Shown here piece by piece: positions 16,083-37,814 of a DNA stretch of 64,000 nucleotides; the first letter of the stretch is position 1; each line of letters starts with the position of its first letter. Location of the stretch: NCBI RefSeq assembly GCF_009914755.1, contig NC_060928.1. The stretch is one strand, 5' to 3'. The stretch is from the human T2T-CHM13v2.0 reference genome, Homo sapiens. The position numbers were made by a program, and so were the translations under genes. A model generated the notes under the pieces. The model searched no databases, was not told the origin of the DNA, and saw only the letters and a list, made by a program, of their open reading frames with translations.

Positions 16083-19000
16083 CTAAAAGCAATAAAGTAA
16101 AAATAACATGCACTTCATCATATGAAAAGATTTCCAATGCATCTTATCTTCTGATTTTAAAAATCATAGTTTGCTAAAAGGAGTATTTGAATCAACATTT
16201 TCATATCTTTTAATTTCAACAAAAATGAAAAATGTAAAAATATAGGTCCAGATAGTATGTTAAATATAGGCCCAGATAATATGTTAATTATACAGACACC
16301 TATGTAGAACATGGTCAAGAGCCAGATGCAAGCAAAGAAGGATCAGTTAAGCCAAATTAGGTACTTTATCATGCAAACAAGCATTAAGGATTTCCATCCT
16401 CTTCATTTGTATTTTAGACAAAGAAATTATTCTCATAAGTTTGGTTTCCTTTACTAAGTACTTACTTCATTTCCTATATTAAATACTTGAAAATAACTAG
16501 CTAAGTGAGGAACTGGGTCCAGCAAAGAGAAAACTACCTTTCCTAAAAAATACAACAACCTAGTTTTAATGCAAGAAATAGAATTCTGCTGCTGATTCTT
16601 TCTTTCTTTCTTTCTTTTGCTATTGATTTTAAAATATACATATCCTAGGGAAAGAAGAAACACATAATAGAAAACGAACCTCAGAAAAAATGCAAGTGGC
16701 CAACAAAACATGAAAATGTGTTCAACGTCTAATAATCAAAGAAAGAGAAATTAAAACACACAGAGATATTAGTTTTATCATCATATTGGAAAATATTTAA
16801 ACAACTGATAGTACTCAAATTTGATTAGAAAAAGGTGCTTTCATCACCAGTTAGTAGAAACACAACCTTTGACCTACTAATTCAAACTTCTGAGAATGCA
16901 TTAAAATACAGTAACACAATCACTCAAAAATTGATGTCTAATGAAGGCTGGCCTTGGAGAAAAAAATGGATGCAGAAAAATCTTGTCCTGTGATTAAATC
17001 ACTAGAAAATTAAAAACAGCCTAAATATCCATGACAATAGAGAATTGGTTAAATAAATTACAATATAGCCATTCAACGAACTGCTATAGAACTATTTAAA
17101 ATAATCATGTACATATATAGTTACAGTAGAAAAAAGATTATAAAACAATATATACAGAAGAATCACATTTGGGGGAAAACAACAATTTTTTAAAGGCATG
17201 TAAATCTATATTTGTATATAGAAAAAGACCTAGGTGGAATTACCCAAAAATAGTAAAATTAACTGTTTTCGTGGGATGGGACCATAGGAGATCTTTATTT
17301 TCTTCTTTATGATTTTTAAAGTTTCTGAACAATTTTTCAGAATGAGCATGTGCTATTTGGCCACCAGGAAAAAAAAAATCTAGGTGATTTTAAAAACCCA
17401 AAAACCCATTAAGAAATCTATTTACATGTGCTTTAAAAGTTAAGTTCTAGTATAAACTGGCACTAACTTTGTAACAATGAGCTCCTTGAACAGAAGTACT
17501 CTGTGTCAAAAGTCAGCCTATAAAAACAGCAGGGGCTCTGTAGCTCTTAGTAAGGAGACCAAACTTCTGTAGCCTAAGCTATTCATTAGAAAGGAATAGG
17601 GAAAGTTAAGCACTTTTCCTCGGATCAAGAGGTAAAACACTAAATACCCAGGAACTGCTGACAGGATAAAGACCATTATTAGGTTTTTAAAAGAGGCCAA
17701 AGGTATCAAACTGACATCTTTCTCTCTGCTGAGCCAGAAAGGAGACAGGAGAGGAAGCAAAGAAGGACAGGAAATTTTTGAAGACCTTTTTCCTTGATGA
17801 GCCATAAGCAGGAAGTAAATGGTCTTTCTTCTTATGGAGAGATCAAAGATCACGAAGATGGCTCTTAAGAACTTTTTTTTTTTAAGGAAGAAAAGAAAGG
17901 CAGATCTAAAGGATCAAGTGTTTTGCTCAGAATAATTACGTTTCTAAATTGTGAAATTCAGGTACACTTATTCACTGCCTTCAAGATGATCAGGGCAAGT
18001 TTAGAAAAGCAAAGAATACTAAAAACACTAATGATAATAAACACAGTAACAGCAAAGAGCAAGTGAATATTTTGTGTCTGGCCCAGAAGTAATGCTCTAT
18101 ACATATTGTCTCATTTATTTCTCAGTGTTGTCAAATAGGAACTTTTATTTCTTCATTTTTCTGATTTAAAAAAAAAAACATAACACTTAGGTTAATAACT
18201 GGCTTAAGGTCAAAAAGCTAGTAGGAGGGAACAGTTGAAATTAAAAAATGTGTCTGTCGACCTCACATGATTTTAACCAAAACTTCCTTTTAATTAATTG
18301 TGCTTAGCTCATTCAATAGTCATTGATACGAGTTTACAGTAATAGGTAGGTGTCTGTAGTTTTTTAAATTTTTTCTAAGCCATGAGTTATTATCGTAAGG
18401 TTCACGTACCCACAGAAATCGTACGTATAATTTGCTATATACATAGTTTCATTAAATTTGCATAGGAAACTGTGACCTCACCAAAAGTTTAAAATAATTA
18501 AAAGGTAGAGTAAAAAATTTTAAAATCATTTATCAATTTTATCTCATGATGAATTTTAAAAATAATATTTCATGGAAAAGCATGCTATGTTTCAAATAGC
18601 AATGCATGTCATAAGATTAAACATACAGACTATTACACATAGAGGCAGTAGCTCAAACTGCTCAAAACCATCATTATAATAATAATCACTCCATAGTGAA
18701 TGCTCACTATACGCCAGGCATCGTGCTATATTCGTAGCATAAGATATTACAAGAGTGGGGAAGGAAGAGGGCAATACTTTCCTATTTCTGATGACATAAG
18801 TAACACTCCTGGACACTCTCTATCCCCTCACTCACTACACGCTTTCTCCTGAGAAAGAGCTTCTGGCAGGAACCAAACATTTGCTTTGTTCCTTCAGGCC
18901 ACTAATTTAATAGAGGCACATGCTACCTGGTCTAGTGGTATAACTGGATGGGTAAGACTGTTTAATTCTAAGGTTCAATATTAGGAAACACACTTGACTA

Positions 19001-20020
19001 AGATATAATGCAGTTATATTTCTCAAATATCAGTTCTGTCTGTTTTATAAAGTTGATATTTTGGCCGCCTCCTGCTACCACAGATACGAGCATCTGCTGA
19101 ATAATTTCTCATTGGGTTTGGAACCCATGAAATTCTGATTGAAGACATTAGTGACATATTCCTAGTTGCCTAACCTAAAATCCCTTTATCCCCTCTTTCT
19201 TCATAACATCTGGCTAAAAGATCCAACTTCCCTTAAAGTTAGGTAGAGCCATATGACTAAGTTATGGCCAGTAAGATTTAAACAAAATGATGGTGTGTAC
19301 TAAAGAAAGTTTCTTTAAAAGAAAAACATGCCCCTTTTACCTTTCTCATCTACTCCTTCCTGCTGCCTGGGATATGGACATGATAGGTGGAATTCCAGTA
19401 GGCATCTTGGACCATAAGACAACCTTGAGGATAAAATCTACAAGCTAAGAATGAAGGAATGTAAAGAGAAGGAAACTGGGTCCACAAACACACTGTGAGG
19501 CTGCCATACCACTCCTGGACTGCCAGGCTCCTCTTACACGAAGAGGTAGAAGAAATAAATTTCCACCTTGTAGAAAACACCATTATCAAAAGCTCTGCTA
19601 CTATATGTTCTGATTTCTAATTAATACAGCATTACTGTGTCTGTATTACAGATGCAGAAACTGAGGTTCACATCAGGTTAAGCAAGTGGTCCTTGTTTAC
19701 ACATCTAGTAAAGCACAGAGCCAGAATTTAATCCAGGTCTATGTGACTACATTATATAAGAGTAACTAATAAACCCTAAGGTACAAAACTTAAAACTAAA
19801 TATATGTGATAGACGATAGCTTTACATTTAAAGCTAAATGTAAAAAACAAAATAGTTATAAAACATGTTTTTAAAATCGTTCTTCTTAACGTGCTAGATA
19901 TATTACCAGGAGGTTGAGACAAAATAAACACAGTCCACATAGTTGTTTAAATCAGAAGCAAATATTTATAAATAACTATATTCTTCCATATATGTTCCTG
20001 GTATAAAAGTGAAAAATGGG

Positions 20021-20338
<318 letters not shown>

Positions 20339-21532
20339 CTAGATGCTAAGATGAAAGTTTTCGCGGAAGACTACAACAACAAAGACCATGTTTTGAAAGG
20401 ATATATGAGACCTTAATGCATAATTTTCAGCAGATACGGTCTTAAAATAAAATAAAACAAGAAAGTCCGAGACATCTGCTCATGAAGGTTAACTGCTACA
20501 TGACTTGCCTTCCCACTACAGACAACTAGAATACTGGAGAACATATCTGAAGCATCCAGAGATGCTGAGCAACAGGCAGCACAGGCCTCTAGGTCCTGAG
20601 AGAAAGAAAATAAATGAGGTGAGCCCTACAAACAACTGAGTTTTCTGGCTGCAGGCAATTTTGGGACTGCAATGTGAAGAGGGAGATGCCAAAGAGAATC
20701 TAGTAGTCTACTGAATTGATAAGGAATAAGCTACACAAAGAAAAAACTCCAGAAATATGCGTGGGGTCCCCTTCATTCTATGCCTGAACACAATATGAAC
20801 ATGCATACAGCAAAACTTCACAAGGATAGGCAAAGAACAAGCACTGGGGAAAGAACAATTACTGGAAAGCAGTAAGCCAAACAATTTCCAGTGGGCACAG
20901 AGGACTGGGAATCATTAAAGCTCCCAATAACCGAAGTGGTAAGTCCTCTTCAAATACCTAAGACATTCGTTTGAGATCCCAGATGAGTCAAGCCTTAGTA
21001 ATGAGGCTAATCTTGCCCAAGAGAAATGATCTTAAAGAGTGGTCTGGGGACCTACAGAGGACCTCAAGACTCTTTCAGAGGATCAGCAAGGTCAGAACTA
21101 TTTTCTTAATATTACTAAGATGTAATTTGCCTTTTTCAGAATCATTCTCTTATGAGTATGTAGTAGAGTTTTCCACAGGCTGACATGGGATATTGTAAAA
21201 GATTTAATGAACAAGCAGAAATGAGACTCCAGCTATTTTTTGTGAACCAAAAAGGTTCACAAAAAATGTAAACAATGACACTCTTCTCACTATTTTTGTT
21301 GTTGTTCATTTGGGAAGAGACAGTTATTTTTCATAAAATTGTTATTTATGTTGTTAACACATAATAGGTTAATTATTGTTTATTTTTAGTGAATAACTAA
21401 ATAATTTAAAGTCCCTAATCTATAATTTCTAAAATAGTAAATAATGAGATACATATATAAAGATTTCTGAAGTCCTCAATAAAAGTTTAAAGCAGTACTG
21501 AGACTAAAAAGTTTAAGAACTTCTGCTCTAAA

Positions 21533-21690
21533 GCAGGGCTTGGTAAGCTACAGCTTGCAGGCTAAATGTGGACCGCCACCTATTTTTGTAAATAAAATTT
21601 TATTGAAACTAAGTGACACTCCGTCATATACACATTGTCTATGGGAGCTTTAATACTACAATGGCAAAGTTGAGCAATTGCAGCAGGACA
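21533..21690 (+). mobile_element. MER58-like hAT MITE fragment
   Basis: cagggcttggtaagctacagc...tttttgtaaataaaattttattgaaac. Confidence 0.6.
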
Positions 21691-21699
21691 TATAAAGAA

Positions 21700-22865
<1,166 letters not shown>

Positions 22866-23992
22866 AATCTTTACTGTTTATTACTCACCATCTCAACAGA
22901 ATATTAAATAAATAATATTGAATTTTATTATTCACCATCTCAACAGAATAAAGAAAAACCATATGATCCGTATGAACAGATACAGAAAAGGCATTTGAGA
23001 AAATCCAAAAATGTCTCAAGAAACTGGGAAAAGGGAACTTTATAACCTGATAACCTGAAGGGTTATCTTAGTTTCTTTCTAGAAAGGATGAATAATCCTC
23101 ATCAGGAAGCTGGAGGTACTACCATGTAAAAAAGAAGATGATTAATATACCCTCAACAAGAGAACTGCAGATAAATCATCCATAGCATTAAGTGAATGTG
23201 GGTGGCTGATTCTCTCAACCCACAAAAGCATCCATAAGATAATAGTCAGCTTTAAACATACAGCCAAGTACAGAGAACATCAATGCTATATCACCAAGAT
23301 ACAAATGGCAATTACAGACTTTCCTTCTTTTCTTACCTCTTCTTCGTTCCCATACTAGCAGATCTAACAAATTCAGAAATGTGAAAGGACAAAAAAAACA
23401 CAAAAAAAACAAAAAAAAACTAGGTAGGGTAAGAGAAGCAAACTACACCCAACTTGCAACAAGCCCAAGTTTAGGGAGAGGAATAAAACTTAAAGAAACT
23501 TTAAAGCAAGATTGAGGCTTTCACTACTCACTAGAACTGAACACTTCTATTTCTAAAATATATTTTGCCATTTGAAATAAACATAAAACTGGGTAGGTTA
23601 CCAAAAAGTGTGCTATATGCTCCCCACCAAGTTCTCATCCAGAGCAGAGAAAGAGCTTGTTCTAATTTTAAAACACAATGAGATATAAAATAATGTTGCT
23701 TTATATATGTTACAATATATGTTCACCTTAACAGATCAGTAATACATACAAATTATTTCTCAACTAGCTGAGAAACTGCTACATAAATCGAGAGTTGCTT
23801 ATTTTCTATGTGAAGAAAAAACATCTAAGGAACCAAATAGTTTAACAAAATATAAACTCCAAATTGAACCTCTTTCAAACTTGTTTGTAATATAATTTTT
23901 TGAATACAGGAATTTCTTCCATTAGTACATAATGTTTTCATGAAAACATGGATGAAGATCAAATGGAAGAAAGCTGAACCCTGAACTTATAT

Positions 23993-24084
23993 AATAGAGG
24001 TAGGAAAGTTAGTTCTCAAGTGCTAAAAAAATCTACCCAATAGAGGTAGGAAAGTTAGCTCTCAAGTGCTAAAAAAATCTACCC
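23993..24084. repeat. 46-bp direct tandem duplication
   Basis: AATAGAGGTAGGAAAGTTAG(T/C)TCTCAAGTGCTAAAAAAATCTACCC x2, one mismatch. Confidence 0.95.
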
Positions 24085-24289
24085 AATCCTAAATCACAAT
24101 CCTAAATTATACCAGATGGTTCAGTCACAATCTTTGACAATAAATATTTAACATTTCCTTTTGGTGTTCATAATTCAATATGTAGGTGACTAGTAAAGTC
24201 CAATGAATATCTAGTTGAGTCTAATGATTTCTAATGTATTCACAAGTATTAATACACTGTGATTAAGCCTAGTATCTATTACGTATCTG

Positions 24290-24580
24290 TTTTTTTTTTT
24301 TTTTAGGAGACAGGGTCTCGCTCTGTCACCCAGGCTGGAGTGCAGTGGCATGACAATAGTTCACTGCAGCTTCAAACTCCTGGCCCAAGCGATCCATGTC
24401 AGCTTCCTGAATAGCTGAGACTACAGGTGTGTACCACCACACCCAGGTAATTTTTTAAGTTTTTTATAGAGACAGAATCTTGCTTTATCTCTCAGGCCAG
24501 TTTTGAACTTCTGGCTTTAAACAATCCTCCTACCTCAGCCTCCCAAAGTGTTGGGATTATAGGCGTGAGCCACTGCACCC
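24290..24580 (-). mobile_element. AluJ
   Basis: Diverged reverse Alu. Confidence 0.9.
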
Positions 24581-26814
24581 AATCTACTATTTTTTAAATG
24601 ACATCAGCACTTTAATTTTTCCATTTGCTCTACTTTTAAAAATAAGGGGAAAATGCAATAAAGTATTCTATAATTGCACAAATGCTTTTTTACAAAGATA
24701 CCTAAGCTGCTGAAACTGTAGTGCTACCAGGCAATAGGTCCTGTTGTTCACCTGTTACCTGATATTTTTTAAAAACCTAAAATTAATCCAAAGAGATGAT
24801 TAAGCAAAAGTATAAATGTCACAAAATTATAAAGTTTAAAATTTATGAACAGTGTAATTTGGGGAGGAGGGTAAATAAACTAATTTGTATGATTTGGCTT
24901 AAGCAATTTACATCCATACATATATTGGTATTAAAGTATATATAGGATTTTATTAAATTTATAAAGTACTTTCTGTTCAAAGTGCTTTACATGACAATGG
25001 AGTTTATTACTATCAATGTTTTCATTCAACCCAGGCTTTAGTAAATACAGGTTTTTTAAAATTTATAATTTATCTTTCATTATTAAACTATCAAAATTTC
25101 TCTTTAAAATGAAGCAAACCAGCACAACTTTTCAATATTTTTCTCAGCATTCTTGTGTCCTTTTCTATTTCAATAAATTTCTTTGCGACACAGAAATCAT
25201 TTTAATATAATTAAAAATGTTGTATAATGTTATTACCATGATAAAAATAGCAAGATTACATTTAATAAAATTTGTAGAAATTTTGATGAAGGCAGATCAA
25301 ACAAAAGCACAAATTTTGCTTTGTTCCTACTCAGTTTAATATTTCAGTATTTATCCTTTTAAATCAGCAAACAAGTACATTAGTCCCTATAATCCATATT
25401 AAACTAAATTACTCCCCAATTTTCCTTAAAATATTATTCCCAATATTCCTTAAAAAATTATTAACGAATTTTGAAATTCTTCCCAAGAGAATTAGCCCTT
25501 TACAAACAGAAAATAATTCACTTTATAAAATATATAAAACATATATTATATAAAATAGAGAAGCAAAAAGCTTCTCTATTTTCCATTTAAGTACAAAATT
25601 ACACATTCAAAGAACATTTCATTTTCTTATTATATTTTTTCCTTCCCCCTCTCTACGTTAGGACTTATTTCTCCTAACTGCCAAGAAAAATTACCTCTCT
25701 TTTTGAGGAGGGCAGAGGGCTTTTTCCCTTCATTTAATTATGTAATAGGTAAGTTTTTAATATATTCTATTCAAATTTTTATGAAGATCATTTCTTTGTA
25801 AGTTTTCTGCATGGCTGATAGAACAGCACCTTCCTCCAAAGAAAAACCAAGAAATATGAAAATTTTCCAAATTAGATTTTCAATGTATGAGCCCTATGTG
25901 ATACTTAATTGCTAGTGTGTCTATTCTTGAATTTGGAAATATTTCATACTTTAAATTATGTTCACATTCTAACATTTAAAGCTATTTCACAAAAAAAGCA
26001 TGCTAAACATTCAGCAAGTGAAGCATAATGTATTTTAATTAGACCTAATCAGAACCATTAGGACTAAACATGAGCTTAGAGGATCATGTAATCTAACCAC
26101 CATCTATACAAATAAATAACCAGGTTCAAAATTTTTCTGACAGGTAGCAACTATTACTATCAAGCAGTTAAATTATCTTTGATCAGTTCCAATTTTTAAA
26201 AGTTTTCTTTATACTAAGCCATAACTGGTCTTTGTGTAGCTCTTACCTTTTGGGCTAAGTTTTTTCTTATGAGATGACACATACAAAACATCTAATTCCT
26301 CCACAAAGTATAAATCCTTCAAATTACGGAAAGAAAGCTACCATGTCCCCCAAAGTTTTCGGCAGACCATAGGTTCCAAATTTTTTTTTTTTATTATTGT
26401 TTGGCTTCAATCCCCTATTCTGCCTACTCCCTTCTGAGCACATCCTAGACCTTCTTTATCAGTGTTAGCAGGGGAAGCCGACATGGAATACAACACACCA
26501 GGAGGTCTTCATAGATTCTGTGCTTACCTTATTGCATCCCAAAATCATACTAGCTTTTTTAGCAACCACATCACACTGTTAATTGAAACTAAACTCACTG
26601 TCAACTAAAACTGCTTAAATATCTTTCACACTTCTGGCTTTGTCCTCCTTTCCCATCTTGAGTTTACACTCTTCAAAAGGAAGGAAGAGAAGTGGATTAA
26701 ATGTAGAACTATAACTTTATATTACATTTATTATTTACTAATAAAGAGACTAGTACCTTTTATTTTAATTTTAGCAACCATCTTAAATAAAACTTTTATT
26801 TAAAAAGAATCTCA

Positions 26815-31762
<4,948 letters not shown>

Positions 31763-31822
31763 ATCCTGCCTAACATCTGCTTTTGTAAGATAAAATTTAA
31801 TTAGAACAGCTAAATTCTGTCA

Positions 31823-32319
<497 letters not shown>

Positions 32320-33051
32320 AGATGGTATAAATGGAACAAGATAGCTGAGTTAACTGGTTTCCAACTATGTCAATAAATTCAGCCAGGCCCAGTGGTTCAT
32401 GCCTGGAACCCCAGCATTTTGGGAGGCTGAGGTGGGAGGAATGCTTGAGCCCAGGAGTTCGAGACCAGCTTGGCCAACATAGCGGCCAACTGTCTCTTAT
32501 TTAAAATTTTAAAAATCTGATAATAAATACATTCAAAGCATTGAAAAACATGTGGCTGTTTTTCCTTTCCCCTCAAAAAGCATTATCAAAAAGGAAAATG
32601 TCCTTAAAGGTTCTAAGTAAAAAAAAAAAAAAAAATTTTCCAAATAAAAGTAAAAATTTGAGAAGTTATATGAATATTCCACAGCTAAAAAACTTACGAT
32701 CACTCCAGGTTTACTTAATATGATACATTAAGGTATTGTATTGGGCCATAAGCAAAATATATCTTTCTGAAAGTACCCGCAAAAAATAAATTATATTGAA
32801 AAGTATATTTGAGAAACATCTACATAAAAGGAACTATGCAACATACCATAAGAAAATTCATAAAAAATAAGACAGAGTAACTTTAAAATGCTAATAATCT
32901 AACTGAACTGAAAAATAATCTATAAGACTTCAGAGTTTAAAAAGTTAAGTGTATTTCATTGTAATTTCTATCTTTAATTTTTATGTTAATAAAATAGATT
33001 TATTTGTCTATAACCTACAGTAGATGAAAAATTTGAAAATGTATTAATTAC

Positions 33052-33142
33052 CTGAATTGGATGTTCACTAAATGAGGCTGGGAACCATCTGATTGCCAAT
33101 AAGTTTCTAGATTGTCATCTCGTAACTGATCCACTCCAAATC
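33052..33142 (-). CDS. ANAPC10: ANAPC10 second coding exon: [30 protein letters not shown](R)
   Basis: DOC-domain motif [11 protein letters not shown]; acceptor gtttttag|, donor CAG|gtaatt; 91 nt, phase-compatible with neighbouring exons. Confidence 0.97.
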
Positions 33143-33526
33143 CTAAAAACACCAAAAGTGTCAATAAATCCCTGTGAAAAAGAAACAACTATACATGCAA
33201 AACATAAAATTAACATATGTATTTGTCCAGAAATTTTGATAAACAGAAAGGTCAGAAATATTAATTTTTTTTTATTTATTTTTTGTAGACAGGGTCTTGC
33301 TGTGTTGCCCAGGCTGGCCTCGAACTTCCAGCCTCAAGTGATCCTCCTGCCTTGGCCTCCCAAAGTGCAGTGATTACAGGCATAAGCCATAGCACCCAGC
33401 TGTGAAACTTAAATTAACCAGAATTCTTCTACCCTTTTATTCAGAGCTCAACTCTTATTAGAGAAATATCACTTGCACATACAAACCCTATATTAGGATC
33501 AAGTTATTTTGTTGTCACCTTTTTAA

Positions 33527-33850
<324 letters not shown>

Positions 33851-35872
33851 TAAAGAACGTATGTATTTAAACTCAGTTTCTTGTGCTTTTTGCAAGCTGA
33901 TAGTAAAAATGACTAAGCACAAAATCCTCAAAAATAAACACATTCTAATAAGTTCAATATGCCATGCTTACTGAGACAAGAAAAAAGATGACTTAAAATA
34001 TTTTCAAAAGGCATATATATTCTGAAGCCAAATGCTTCTGATTAAAATTCTGATTAATCAAAATTAAATTTACCCAGAATCCCATGTTCTCCATCCATTC
34101 TACATAAATGAAGTTGTACAATCCTGTGTTTTTTCCTGATTAAAACCACAATAATTCATACTAATTTTAGAAATGAATCTGATTTAATGGTAAAATGCAG
34201 ACTTTTTAATAAGAGAAATAAGTTTAACTTACATTTCAGTTTTACACTAAGTAATATATTCATTATGGAACAAATCCAAAAGGAACAAGACACAGTGAAA
34301 AGTCACTATCTACCATCTCATTCTTCTCTCCAAATATAGTTAATGTTTTCAGTTTATTGCATGCCCTTTCACAGATACTATATGCATATACAAGCAGTCA
34401 TATATGTATTCTTTCTATTCCCTTTTCTTTAAACAAATGATAGCATACAGTAAATAGCTCTGCATGTTGGTGTTTTTTAATTTTACTTAACATATCTGGA
34501 GTTTTTTACCATACGAATATTTATTCCATATCAATAAATTAACAACAATAATAACAATAACAAACACTGATATCACATTAACTATGTGCCAGGCGCATTC
34601 TAAACATTTTATATATGTTAAATAATCTAATATTTATTAGCTCATATAACAACATAAACAGCTTCCATATTTTTTAAGGTTGTATATTCTACCACTGTCT
34701 GGAAATATCATAATTATCTCACCACACCTCTGCAGAACATTTAGGTTGTTTCCAATGTTTTGCTATTACAAACAATACTGCAATAAACACCTAGCTGTCT
34801 ACAATCTTTAAATATATGTTATTTCTAGAGAATAGATTTCTAGGAATAGAATCCTGGGTCATTTGAATCTTTAATTTGATAAATATTGCCAAATTGTCCT
34901 CTAAAACATTTCCTCACCAAAAATGTAAAAGAATACCTATTCCCTCTCAATGGCTAGTAAAAGTTGGTATGTTCTGAAATTAATATACCAGATTTTGATG
35001 ACTTTGTATGACAAAAACTTTAAATATATATCTAATGTTTTTATATTGATTATATGTTGAAGGGATATTTTGAACATACTGAGAAAAATAGAATAATTGC
35101 ACTTTTATAAAATTTTTTTAACGTTGTTGCTAGATAATTTTAAATTACAAATGTGGTTTGTGTTACATTTCTGTTGGATAGCACTGCTCTGCACCCAGGC
35201 AAAAATGCAGTTAATCTTTTAAATATTTACTCACCTGATAGATTAAAAAAATTGTATTTCACATTTATTAATATTTATATTTTCATGCTTATTCATATCC
35301 TCCTATATTTTCAATAAACTTAGGTCTTTTGATTATTCATAACACTTTTACTATTACAGATCTTTTTTTTTTTTCTTTTTGAGACAGGGTCTTGCTCTGA
35401 CACACAGGCTGGAATGCAGTAGCACCATCAAAGCTCACTGCAGCCATGACCTGCTGGGTTTATGCAATCCTCCCACCTCAGTCATCTAGGTAGCTGGAAC
35501 CACAGGCATGTGCCACCACATTCAGTCACTATTATGGATATTAACACTATGTCTGTTCCACGTAATCCAAACATGAATGGATTTGTATCTTAAATTTGCA
35601 TCTGCTGCCTTTATTGTGCATACTAGTGGATAAAAGAAGTTTATCCAGAGAAAATGAGTTTTGCATTGAATTTCAAATTACTAGTTAGCTAGATAAAGAG
35701 GTAGAATGGTAAGATTCAGGGGCATTCAGCAAAGAGATAAGCATATAATGTCATGAATCAAGAAAAATGGCATACATGGAAAACAACAGTGGGTCCTTTG
35801 AGAGCTAAGGCAATACATTGGTGTGAAGCAGGAAATAAGCCAGACATATCAAAGGAGCCAGATCACACAGAC

Positions 35873-36050
35873 CAGGGGTGTCTAATCTTTTGGCTTCCCT
35901 GGGCCACACTGGAAGAAGAACTGTCTTGGGCCACACATAAAATACACTAACATTAACAATAGTTGATGAGCTAAAAAAAAAAAAATTCATAATGTTTCAA
36001 AAAAGTTTACTAATTTGGTCTGCATTCAAAGCTGTCCTGGGCCATATATG
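35873..36050 (+). mobile_element. MER30-like hAT MITE
   Basis: caggggtgtctaatcttttggcttccctgggccacactggaagaagaa. Confidence 0.75.
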
Positions 36051-37249
36051 TCGATAAAATGTAAAAATTGGGCTATTACTTCTTCCGTAACTCTTAAATC
36101 TGCACTGTCCAATACGGTAGCCACTAGCCACATGTGGCTACTTGAAATATAGCAAGTCCAAATTGAGATGTGCTGTAAGTGTTAAAATACACACTGGTTT
36201 GAAGATTAGGACAAAATGTAAAATATGTCATTAGTAATAGTAGTCCAGTTATACTAGATTTAAAAATATTATTACAATTAATTTCACCTATTTTTAGCCC
36301 TTTTAAACGTAGCTACTATAAAATTCCCCATGAAACTTGTATATATATTTCACGTCACATATTCTATTGGACAGTCATGCTTCAAATCATGCTTCGTTCT
36401 TTACACAATATTGCTAAAGCTAATCCAGAATATTAGGTAATGCAAGTTACAAGATAAAAAGCTGTTTTACCAGCCTGTGCAACATAGTGAGACACTGTCT
36501 ATACAAAAAATAAAAAAACTTAGCCAGGCGTGATGGCACTCATGTGGCTGAGGCAGGGGGATCACTTGAGTCCTGGAGTTCGAGGCTGTAGTAAGCCATG
36601 ACTGTACCACTGCACTCTAGCCTGGGCAACAGTGCGAGAAACGGACAAAAAAATAAAAATAAAAATAAAAATAACTGTTTTACCTCCAATATAAAGAGTT
36701 ATAGGTCTTAACTCTCTTTTTCTTTTTAGTACTAGTTTTTGAGTTCCCTAGTAAAGGATAACTAAATCACGATTCTTCCGTAAAAGCTCCACAGTTTAAT
36801 GTTCTATTGATTAAAAGGTTTTTTTTTTCAGTTATTTTATTTTGGCTACCTCAGCTAGGTTTTTTTTCTCCTCCATTTCACAACTTTATTATGTATGTGC
36901 TCAAAGAGGTTCAAAGAACAAAATAGTATTTGTTCTTAAAATGCAAAAAAAAAATTAAACACAAATCTGAATAATTTATTCAGAATAAGAAATGTCCTAT
37001 AATTCAAAACTGATCATTTAAAATTTGTCTCTAATTTATTGCTTAGAAAGTATCATAGTACAACTAAGCAGGTCTAATATCTTCAAGTACTGATTAGTCT
37101 AAATCTTTATGTCTGAAATACTAAGTATGATTACCAACTTTTGCTTCTTCAATATGCCTTACAAACGGAACCTCTTACAAACATCTCCTTATGTGCCAAT
37201 CCCGTCTCAACCTCTTTTCCAAAGCTTCCCACTCAGTATTGTATTTGAA

Positions 37250-37634
37250 TTTTTTTTCTTTTTTTTTTTTTTTAAGATGGAGTCTCACTTTGCCGCCCAG
37301 GCTGCAGTGCAGTGGCGCGATTTCAGCTCACTGCAACCTCCACCTCCTGGGTTCAAGCAATTCCCAGAAGTGACTGTTGCAGGTGGCTGAAGCTCACCTT
37401 TGCAGGGGGCAGAGCTTCAAAAAATAAAAGTCTAAAATATGAAGGACGTAAGAGTGAAGACTTGCCTCAGCCTCCCCCAGAGTAGCTGGGATTACAGGCG
37501 CCTGCCAACACGCCCAGCTAATTTTTGTATTTTTAGTGGAGATAGGGTTTCACCATGTCGGCCAGATTGGTCTCAAACTCCTGACCTCAAGTGATCCACT
37601 GGCCTCAGTCTCCCAAAGTGCTTAGATTACTGGC
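37250..37634 (-). mobile_element. AluS carrying a ~96-bp non-Alu insertion
   Basis: Alu consensus broken at caattc|...|ttgcctcagcc. Confidence 0.9.
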
Positions 37635-37814
37635 ATGAGCCACCGTGTCCGGCCCTGAATTGTTTTAATTTAAACAAAAGAACTAAAACAAAGACGTATC
37701 TATGATAACTGCTTTAACAGGTATCCAGAAAATCCACACAAATAACAATATTACACAGAAAAAAACTTTTATAAGAGGTACTGGTTCTCCAATGCAGTTA
37801 TTATATGATGTACT

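Noticed and set aside
17518-17853. 111-aa hydrophobic minus-strand ORF in an ANAPC10 intron
   Set aside because: Non-ATG start, composition explained by a T-rich strand, no recognisable homology or convincing splice signals
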